A DNA stretch of 64,000 nucleotides from Monodelphis domestica (lineage: Eukaryota), in contig NC_077233.1 of the NCBI RefSeq assembly GCF_027887165.1, positions 136,177,080 to 136,241,079 on the forward strand, given 5' to 3'. A program made the position numbers and the translations under genes. Numbering within the stretch: position 1 is the stretch's first letter; each line of letters opens with the position of its first letter. This document shows, in pieces, positions 56,301-64,000 of this stretch. The notes beneath the pieces are model-generated. The model was not told the origin of the DNA. It saw only the letters and a list, made by a program, of their open reading frames with translations, and did not search any database.

Positions 56301-57008
56301 AGACTTTCCCCAGCCTTGCCACTGTTCCAGCTTGCATCGATGACATGACTTTGCAGGTATTTGACTGTGGGGTCCCAAGATTATGCCCTTTGGCAGGGAT
56401 GCTGGGGGGAGCGGGCACTGCACTAAATGGAGCAGAGAGCCCGCGAATGTCTAACAGAAGCCTTGAATTGGCATCAGCTTCTCCAGGAAAGGGATTTCCC
56501 CAGAGACCTAGGAGTCCTGGAACTTGCTTGCCACAGACACTGGATCCTCCCTGCTCCACCCTGCATCTGGGCTGCAGCCACTGGTGTCCTCAACTGAGGA
56601 GGGAGATTAGACTGTGAACTGAGGAGACTGAGAGCAGAGCCCAAAGCAAGGAAAGAAATAGACTCCAATGTTGGGGGGAGGAAGGGAAAAGAGGGAGAAG
56701 TGTATTATTGACCCCAGGTTGATAGGTATAGGTGTCTGTGGATTGAGATGGTAGTGGGGTAAGAGACAAATAGCCAGAATCGGGTATCTGTTTTTGTTTA
56801 AAATTTATTGTAATGGGGTCCGCAAAGGGAGGGGGTGAAGGGTGGGGAACATGCAGGGGACACAGGAACACGATGTCATGGCTAGGGCCACAATTTCTGT
56901 TGGGGAGAGGTGGGGAAAAAAGGGATTAAAAAAAAAAGGACATAACTACAGTTGAGATGAGAGGGAATGGGGGAAATACTGCCGCTGCATTCCCCCCTGG
57001 GAAGCACC

Positions 57009-57014
57009 TTTATT
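57009..57014 (-). other. MAZ: Candidate MAZ poly(A) signal (minus-strand AATAAA)
   Basis: Plus tttatt at 57009-57014; an alternative is at about 56804-56809. Confidence 0.35.
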
Positions 57015-57757
57015 TTCTGGCACCCCAAAAACTCTACCCTCTCATTTTGTCCTTTACATATCCTACTCCCCTCCCCCAAGTTCCCGTCTCTTACTCTGCC
57101 TTCTCCCCAAAATGTTTTATCCCCTTACTCGCCCAGTCTTCTTTATGATACACTCTAGAGGGATAGGATTAGGGCCAAGGACCCCAAACAAACCTCCACT
57201 TGTGACACTAAGTCCTTTATTGTTTGTCCCTCACCTCGGCCTCTTTCTTTCCAAATCTCTCTTCTTCCCAGACCTAGGACAGAGTCTTTGATTTCCCTCC
57301 TTTCTTCCTCCACACTTACCCCACCCTCCCGCCCCCCATTTAAACAGCACCAACTCCCCAGGGATGGGCAGCAGACAGTAGGCAAATAGGGGATTGGAAA
57401 GGTGGGAAGGAAGAGGACCTTTAAGGAAAAAAGGTTCTTGAATCCCTGGGAGAGCATGGGAAGGGCGATGGAGAAGAGAGGGCAATGAGACAGCTGGTAT
57501 GTTCTTTGTCACCCCTGTTATCAGTTTAGGGTGCCCCCAAATCACCAGAGGAACAATGGGGTTCATATAGGGAGAGGGGAGAGAGGAGAAACGAATGTTT
57601 AAAATCTAGTGAATTCCCCTAAGGAAAACATTTCTTCACTCCTTCCTTCTGATGGCTCCTTGGTTGGTGGGGGAAGGAACTGAGTTGGTGGGAAGGGGGT
57701 AAGAGAGGAGAGAGGGACTGAGGCCTTTCCTCTATACCCCAAACCCCACCTCAGGGC

Positions 57758-57912
57758 TCACCAGGGCTGTGAGGGAAGTGGCTGAGAGCTCACAGGGATA
57801 CCCTCTGCCCCAGAAAGGGAGCCCACAGCTGTGGGGGTAGCTGCCGCAACTGCTGCTGCCGCTGCCGCCGCTGCCGAGGCTGCTGCTGCCATAGGACAGA
57901 CTTCACCTGTAC
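57758..57912 (-). CDS. MAZ: MAZ alternative terminal exon B (canonical poly-Ala C-terminus): (G)TGEVCPMAAAASAAAAAAAAVAAATPTAVGSLSGAEGIPVSSQPLPSQPW*
   Basis: Acceptor ctgcag|gt; phase-1 compatible with exon 4; stop TGA at 57760-57758; gives a 474-aa product that matches the recalled human isoform-1 tail ...SQPLPSQPW. Confidence 0.8.
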
Positions 57913-60900
57913 CTGCAGCAAGTGGGGAGGGGAAGCAGAAGTGGGGGGGGGGGGAGGGAGAGAGAGAGAGAGGGAGAGTTATCAGTGTGGACCTGTGGCA
58001 AGAGTTTTTCCCTCATAGCTGCTTCCTCTCTCTCTGCCTGGGAAGCTATTTCTTCTACCATTCCCTCCCCTGGGACACAGCCGTTGCACATTTCCTGCTC
58101 CCTCTCCAGAAGTTCAGGTTTTCTCTTTCCAGCCTCTCTTCTTTCCCTTGGAGACACTTCAACAGTTCTCCTAAAAGGCCCTCCTTACCCCAAATATCCT
58201 CTCTAGCCTATATTTCCTAGTGACCTATCCTGCCCCTCTGGGCCTTCCTGAGTACCCCTATCCTACCCCTAGGGTCTTCTGATCCCCTTCCACCCCTCAC
58301 CCCCCATGCCCCACCAGCCGTGCGCCTCGCCTTGCCTGGTGGGTGCAGGGGTTCCCCTCAGCAGGTGGGCTGCGGCGGTGGTGGCTGTGGCTGGGGGGCG
58401 TCTCCAGGGACAGGGGGTGCGCCCCCACTGAGGTGGGTCTGCATGTGGCCAGCCAGCTGGGTGGGGGTCTTGCAGTGCACACTGCAGAGCTTGCACAGGA
58501 GCCGGTCGGGCCGGGGGGCCTGGAGCCCGTGGTCCTTCACCGCATGGACGCGCAGGTATGCCGCCGTGGTGAAGCCTACGGGGTGACCAGGATGGGGACA
58601 GGGACAGGGGTCAGCTAAGTGGAGACCCCAGAGACGGGGATGTTCTCCTAGGTTGGGGACTCACTTCCCCAGTAATGGTCAGGTCATCTATACCCAAAAA
58701 CCTGGGGATATCTTTCTATTTAATTAGTGGTCTTTTGCCCAGAGGTGGTAATATCTTCTCATTCCCCAAACTTAGAACTTTGTCTACTCAGCAGATATTC
58801 CTTTCCAGAGATAGCTATGATCTCTCTTCCCAGGACCCATAGAGCTTACTCTTCCCAACTGGCAAAACCCTCTCCAGAGGTGGCAGGAGATAGGATTCCT
58901 AGTCACTCAGGGCATTTGTTCTACTAAGTGAATGTATCTTTCCCCAGAGACGGCTGTGTCCCCCAACCCCCCCCCCCAAACCCTAAAGATTTGGTTCCCA
59001 GTTATTGAGGAAACTTACTCAATTTAAAAGGAAGCTTGTTCTACTTAACAAGTATTCTTCCCCAGAGCTGCCTGCATTCTCCCTCAGATGCAGGTCTTTG
59101 CTCTTCCATCACCCACCCACCATTCAGTTGTAGTTACTGTCACCCGGTGGGTTTAGTATTTCTGCCTTGTGTCCTTCTACAAAAGCTATTTGTTACATGT
59201 TCTTCCCCAAACCCTGATGAGCCCTATTCAATCAATATTCAGTCAACTTGTTCTCCGTGAATTGTATCCCTTTGCAGAAGCAGTTGCATCTTCTGTTCCT
59301 CAACACTGAGGGAAACCAGTTCCCCATCTCCCATGAAGTTTGTTCTACTTGGCTACTTTCCCCCCAGAGATTACTGTGCCCACCCAGCTTTTCCTCTCAG
59401 ACGAAGAAGATGGAGCATCACTTCTCAGCAATAAGTTGTGTTTTCTCCCCTATAACATAAAAGTGATTCTGCTAACTTTAGGTCTTTTAATAAGCTACTG
59501 TGTCTCTCTTCAGATGCAGCTGCATTCTTTTTAACCAAAGGGACACTAATCTTTTGAATCCTACACCAGAAAATCATTCCTTTCTTCTACAGCCTAAAAT
59601 GGCCCCATTAATTCATTTATTATTACAATTTGTTGTGGAATTCAACAACATATTAAGCCCTTTGCTAATTTTCCCCTAGACCCTTCCAGCCCCTTCACTC
59701 CCTACCTTTGTTGCAGAGTTCGCAGACATGGTGAGGCCCTTGGCTGTGCACCTTCATATGGTCAGAGATGTAGGCTGCACTCAGCATTTTGCCACATACG
59801 TGGCATGGTACCTTCTCTTCATGCCGCACTGTATGTGCTCGAAGTCGGTCCTTGGTAGCAAATGCAGCTTCACATGTCTGGGATGGAGAAGTCAAAAGAT
59901 AGTTAAATGCTGTTAGAAAGAGGATGTATGCTGGGGATGAGGGAATAAAGTCAAAGCCCCAGAAATGTGGAGTATGGGATCTTAGAGCAATAGGCAAATA
60001 GGAATAAAAAGATTAAACGTTTAAGAATTAGATTTGAATTAAAGGCCAAATAGGAATAGGAATCCTGAGAATGAGATCTTAGAGGCTGAGTCTTAGGTAA
60101 AAAGGGGTTTAAATAACAAAAAAAGTATCAGTACATCAAGGTCTCCATACCGCACATTTGAAGGGCCGTTCTGTTGAGTGCACCTGTCTGACGTGGCTGT
60201 TGAGGTGGTCTGGCCTGGGGGAATTTGTTAGGGGAAGGGGTTAGGCCTTTGGCCTTAAAATTGGGGGTTACCCCACCTTTCCTACTCTGTACTGTATTCC
60301 CATTAGAGAATGCATTCTTTTTTGAAGTCCAGCAACTGTTATTTACCCAGGAAGTCCCTCCCCTCATGCAAGACTTCTTCCCATTGTAAGGCCATCCCTT
60401 TTTACTTTCCTTGAGGCCTCCTTTAGGTGAGGCATCTCCCTTTTGCTCTCATTATATTGAAACTACCTTTTCTCCTCCCCCATCCTTGGAAGCCTTCTTC
60501 CATGCCTGATGGGCATCTCTCCCCCCACCCCTTGTGGGTGGCCCATCCCTGTGCACACCGGGAAAAGCTCTTGCCACAGTGGGAGCAGTTGTACGGCTTG
60601 TGCACAGCGCCGTCATGTGAGCGCACATGGTAGCTCATGCGGTCCTTGCGCTTGAAGCGCTGCTGACAGACAGGGCACTGGTACGGCTTCTCATCAGAGT
60701 GTGACAGCTTGTGTCGGTTCAGGTGGTAGACATCACGGAAGGCCTTTCCGCACATCTCACATGCATGATTCTTCCGGATCCGCTTCCCAGAGGCTGTGGT
60801 GGTTACCACGCCACCTCCACCAACTCCAGCCCCTCCACCCCCAGCACCCCCTTCACCCCCACCCCCACCAGCTCCACCCAGTGTTGCTGGCACACTTAGG

Positions 60901-61720
60901 AGACTCAGGGGCACCATGGTGGGCATCCTCATAGTACCAGGGCCAGCCCGCCCAGCCTTGGCACCCGTATGAATGGCTTCATGCCGTCGAAGGTTATAGC
61001 CGTTCTTAAACTCCTTGGCACAGAGGGCACAGATATATGGCCCTTTGCTCTTTGATTTCTTCTCCAGAGCAGTAGCTACAGGAGCTACAACAGCTGTGGA
61101 GGTTGGGGCAGCAGCAGCTGTGGCAGTAGCAGCAATTGTAGCTGGAGGTGCAGCTTCAGGAGCTGGTGCAGAGGTTGGAGGGGGTGGTGGAGGTGGTGCA
61201 GGGGGTTGCTTCAGGGCTGCTGTGTCCACTGTGGAAGCTGTGGCAGTGGCTGGGGGTGCAGCGGCGGCTGCAGCCGCTGCTGCAGCTGCTGCTGCCACAG
61301 CAGCCGCTGATTCCTGGGCTGCAGCGAGGACAGGGAGGAGGTCAACCTGGAGGGGCTCAGCAGATGGGGCCTGAGGAGTCGGTGGGGGGGCTGGGGCAGC
61401 CTGAGAGGGAAAGAAGGGAGTGGAAAGAACGTGTGGGACTTAGGTGTCCCACTCCTTGATTTCCCAGAACCCAATATCCTGTGTACCCCCTCATCCCCCA
61501 ACCTCCACCTGGTACTCAGAGTACTCACCTGGAATGGACTCTGGTTGCAGCCCTGGGATGCAAAGAACCGGGACTGAAGCTCAGCCCCAACCTGCAGGGG
61601 ATTCTGGGCGTGACCCTGAGGTGGGGGAAAAGAGTTCATTAGATTGCCAACCCCCCTGGAATCCAATCCCAATACAGGGAATGGGGGGGCCAGGAGGGTG
61701 CAGGGGAAAACAGGAAACAT
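57758..61720 (-). CDS. MAZ: MAZ (MYC-associated zinc finger protein) CDS span, with two alternative terminal coding exons
   Basis: Exon peptides match the recalled human MAZ (MFPVFPCTLLAPPFPVLGLDSRGVG.LMNSFPPPQGHAQNPLQVGAELQSRFFASQGC.QSPFQ|AAPAPP..., poly-Ala tracts, six C2H2 fingers). Both isoform sums are multiples of 3 (1488 nt and 1425 nt). Confidence 0.9.
58358..58575 (-). CDS. MAZ: MAZ alternative terminal exon A (the extra zinc-finger isoform, which I recall for human MAZ as an isoform 2 / SAF-2-like form): (G)FTTAAYLRVHAVKDHGLQAPRPDRLLCKLCSVHCKTPTQLAGHMQTHLSGGAPPVPGDAPQPQPPPPQPTC*
   Basis: Acceptor ccccgtag|gc; phase-1 compatible with exon 4; stop TGA at 58360-58358; gives a 495-aa product. 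Confidence 0.75.
59706..59877 (-). CDS. MAZ: MAZ coding exon 4 (TCEAAFATKDRLRAHTVRHEEKVPCHVCGKMLSAAYISDHMKVHSQGPHHVCELCNK+g)
   Basis: Acceptor tccatcccag|aca; donor aaag|gtaggg. Confidence 0.85.
60151..60214 (-). CDS. MAZ: MAZ coding exon 3 ((R)PDHLNSHVRQVHSTERPFKCA)
   Basis: Acceptor cccccag|g; donor gcg|gtatgg. Confidence 0.8.
60559..61400 (-). CDS. MAZ: MAZ coding exon 2 (poly-Ala/Pro region plus zinc fingers 1-4)
   Basis: Acceptor ccctctcag|gct; AAPAPPTPQAPSAEPLQVDLLPVLAAAQESAA...KGPYICALCAKEFKNGYNLRRHEAIHTG...HACEMCGKAFRDVYHLNRHKLSHSDEKPYQCPVCQQRFKRKDRMSYHVRSHDGAVHKPYNCSHCGKSFS+cg; donor cg|gtgtgc. Confidence 0.85.
61240..61305 (-). repeat. MAZ: GCN trinucleotide repeat encoding the poly-Ala tract in MAZ exon 2
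   Basis: gcggcggctgcagccgctgctgcagctgctgctgcc, with antisense MAAAAAAAAAAAAA. Confidence 0.9.
61529..61720 (-). CDS. MAZ: MAZ coding exon 1 (ATG at 61720-61718)
   Basis: MFPVFPCTLLAPPFPVLGLDSRGVGNLMNSFPPPQGHAQNPLQVGAELQSRFFASQGCNQSPFQ|gtgagt. Confidence 0.85.
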
Positions 61721-61799
61721 GGCCTCCAGCCAGTCGGGTGTTAGGAAGAGAGGGAAAGAGTACTTGGGGTAAGGACCCCTTAAAACAGGCTCTTGAGCT

Positions 61800-63500
61800 C
61801 CCTGGATTAAAAGTGTCATATAAACAATAAAACTGGAAAAAAGAGAGTAATCCTCATGAAAGTGCCCGTCCCCTTAATTGGGGGGAAAGGTCAGATCCCC
61901 TTGGGGGGAGATGGCCCCGTAAATTGCCTCAAAAGTGGCCAAAAGGGCAATATGCTCCGGAAGAAGGGACAGGCAAGCCAGCGAAAGCCGGGTGGTGGTG
62001 GCAAGAAGCCCGGGGTTGTGGGGTCAGCCCCCCGACCCCCTTCAATGGCACACCACTCTCCTCACTGCAAGAGAACAATCGTTTTTGACCTGGGGAGGCC
62101 GCCTCCCCTCATTGTTGAGGGAGCGCGCCGGGCAGTGGGGGCTGGGGGACAGTCACATCCACATCCCCTCCCAGAAGGCGAGAGGACCAACTGCCACCCC
62201 ACCCGCTCGGAAGGCTGAGGCGGAGAGAGGCAACGCCCCCTAGGCGGGAGGGGGAAAAAGTCCCCTCAGGTGGGGAGCAGAAGCTGGTGCAGGAGCCGAG
62301 GGGGGGGCGGGGCCGAGGGGCAGGACCCGGGAAGGGAGCGGGAATGGAGGGCGAGACGACGCGGGAAGCGGCGCGAGGCGGCGGGCTGGGCGCCCGGTAC
62401 GCTGCGGCGGTTGGAATCCCCGGGGTGGGTGGGGGGAGGGGGGAGCGCGAGGGAGAAGCCTCTGCCCCCGCCGCGCGCGCTCCCTCTCTGCGCCTCGGGG
62501 AGGGAGGGAGGGAGGGAAGGAGGGGGGCAGCTGCGCGCGCACCGGGCGCGCGGAGGGGGGGTGTGGAACGGAAGGGAGGGAGGGGGGGTGTAGGGAGGGA
62601 GGTGGGGTGGGGGGGAGGAGAAGGCGTGGGGGGGTGGGGGGAGGGGGGTTGTTACCTGGAAGATGAAGCTGCTCCAGTTGCCTGGATCCATGGCGGAGGG
62701 AGGGAGGGAGGCGGCTCGCGCTCACCCCGGGGCGGGAGGAGGAGGTGGGGGGAGGGGGGACCAGAGGGAGGAGGAGGGCGGGCGGGAGGCGCGCGGGGCG
62801 GGAGGGATGGGAGGAGGAGGATGGGGGGGGAGCGGAGCACACACTGCGCGCGGGGAGGGCGGGAGAGCGGGCGGGAGGGGGGCGCGAGGACACACACACG
62901 GAGTCTCGGGCAAGCGCGAGCGCGGGCGCGCGAGTCCAGGGGGGAGGGGGAAGAGAGTGAGGGACACAGGCGGGAGGGGGAGGGGGAGGGAGGCACCCAG
63001 CTGCCCCAACCTCCGTTAGCGCGAGACCCTCAAGACAAGCGCTGATTGGCCTAGGATAGTGCAGGTGGTGGGCACGCGGGGGATGGGGCGGCTCCCCCCT
63101 CCCTCTACCGAGTCCCCCCTCCTCTCTCCGCCAGCGGCCGTTATTCCGCGCGCACGCGCATAATGTCGCTGCCTTTGCTGAACGAGAGAAGCTGGGGCGC
63201 GCGCGTAGTGATGGGAGGGGCGGAGAAAATCCTAGGCACGCGCCTAACGGTCGTCACCCTCCAGGCCTCTCAAAAGTATTTTGTCTGGTTTCGGCCACCG
63301 TCCCTCCCCCCAGGAGTTTATTTACAATTGTCGTTCTTCCCCTCCCCCCCTTCTCCAAAAATGGCGGCTGTTGACCCTCCCCGCCCATTTCGCCTGGAGA
63401 GATTGTTTTCCCCAGGAGAAATGGGGGCGAATGTTAAATTATGCTGGAAAATAGATCAGTAATTAGCCCTCCCAAACCCACCTACCACTCCCCGCTCCCT
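61800..63500. promoter_or_regulatory. MAZ: CpG island and MAZ promoter with reiterated GGGAGGG / GGGGAGGG motifs (MAZ ME1a1-type sites) and CGCGCG blocks
   Basis: More than 20 occurrences of gggaggg on one or the other strand between 62440 and 63010 (for example ggagggagggagggagggaaggagggggg at 62497-62525); aaaatggcggc (a YY1-like motif) at 63358-63368. Confidence 0.6.
62656..62691 (-). CDS. MAZ: Candidate alternative first coding exon of MAZ (MDPGNWSSFIFQ|gtaac)
   Basis: An ATG in reasonable context followed by a 12-codon ORF that ends exactly at a GTAAC donor in phase 0. This is the same phase as the canonical exon-1 donor (..SPFQ|gt), so it could splice in-frame to exon 2. It lies in the CpG island about 950 bp upstream of the canonical ATG. 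Confidence 0.4.
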
Positions 63501-63688
63501 GAGTAAATGCGCGGGTGGCGGGCTCCGCGAGCCCCCCCTCCCAAGAATCAGGCAGAGGCGACTGGACAAAACACTCTATTTACAGAAACCCGCACCCCCA
63601 CCCCCCACCCCCCGGTAAAACACGGACAGAATCCAGGTGTTCCGCGGGACTAGGAAGCGATGGTGGGGGCGACCAGCAGCAGCGGCGC

Positions 63689-63748
63689 TCAGGCATCCTT
63701 CAGCGGCAAGGCCCTGAAGCACTCGGCGGCCAAACTCAGGATGTTGGC
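63689..63748 (-). CDS. KIF22: KIF22 (kinesin family member 22, Kid) terminal coding exon: ANILSLAAECFRALPLKDA*, stop TGA at 63691-63689
   Basis: Acceptor ttttccag|gcc; resembles the recalled human KIF22 C-terminus ...ANILGLAAGQRCGAS. Confidence 0.75.
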   Translation of the reverse strand, partial: ANILSLAAECFRALPLKDA

Positions 63749-63830
63749 CTGGAAAAGGAGAGCGGAGGCAATTAGACCCGCGGGCCAGCCACCCCCCCCT
63801 CCTGCCCGGCCCAGCCTGTGCCCCCCTTAC

Positions 63831-63890
63831 CTTCACAAAGGTGGCCACCTGCTTCTCAGAGATGCCTTCCACCTGCCCCAGGTCCTCCAC
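63831..63890 (-). CDS. KIF22: KIF22 penultimate coding exon: VEDLGQVEGISEKQVATFVK (helix-hairpin-helix DNA-binding region)
   Basis: Acceptor ccccgcag|gtg; donor aag|gtaagg; matches the human ...VEDLEKVEGITGKQMESFLK. Confidence 0.8.
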
Positions 63891-63964
63891 CTGCGGGGTA
63901 GGAAAGAGCCTATCACTCTGCCTAGGGAAGGCTCGCCTGTCTTGTCTGCCTGCCTGTCTCCCCT

Positions 63965-64000
63965 CACGTCGTCGTCGTCGTCGTCGTCCTCCTCCTCCTC
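63965..64000 (-). CDS. KIF22: Possible further KIF22 exon at the window edge (acidic D/E run)
   Basis: The minus strand reads gaggaggaggaggacgacgacgacgacgac|gtgagg, that is EEEEDDDDDD followed by a GTGAGG donor; it is truncated by the window end. Confidence 0.3.

Noticed and set aside
62240-63045. Several overlapping long ORFs on both strands (for example 62287-63045 +, 62240-62899 -) rich in G/R/E/P
   Set aside because: These are MAZ CpG-island GGGAGGG repeats translated in all frames. They are stop-poor because of composition and are not protein-coding.

Overview
This window is a vertebrate gene block, not a prokaryotic locus. The abundant tRNA-derived SINE and MIR copies and L1 debris suggest a marsupial genome (opossum-like). 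No CRISPR arrays, operons or defence-type systems are present, and I see nothing that qualifies as an undescribed biological system.

The content is a tightly packed block syntenic to human 16p11.2:
- SEZ6L2, last 8 coding exons, + strand, stop at 3958.
- CDIPT, complete 6-exon CDS, + strand, 10181-12821.
- MVP, complete 14-exon CDS, - strand, 16446-40785.
- PAGR1, 3 exons, - strand, 48300-49832.
- PRRT2, - strand, ATG at 54358.
- MAZ, - strand, ATG at 61720, with two alternative terminal exons.
- KIF22, last two coding exons, - strand, stop at 63689.

All exon boundaries were derived by hand from the sequence using GT/AG sites, phase continuity and recalled human orthologue proteins. Summed exon lengths are multiples of 3 for CDIPT, MVP, PAGR1 and both MAZ isoforms. 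Coordinates may still be off by 1-2 nt.

MVP introns are packed with SINE, MIR and L1 copies, including a young 5'-truncated L1 inserted into an older L1 3' end with a clean 15-bp target-site duplication. CpG-island promoters lie at about 9600-10400 (CDIPT), 47400-48100 (MVP 5' end and PAGR1 3' end), 50150-50760 (PAGR1), 55300-56300 (PRRT2) and 61800-63500 (MAZ).

The most interesting unexplained signal is a set of splice-site-bounded, coding-looking exons with a terminal AATAAA on the minus strand between SEZ6L2 and CDIPT (5860-8300). This is a candidate divergent transcript from the CDIPT CpG island, comparable in position to human CDIPT-AS1/CDIPTOSP.
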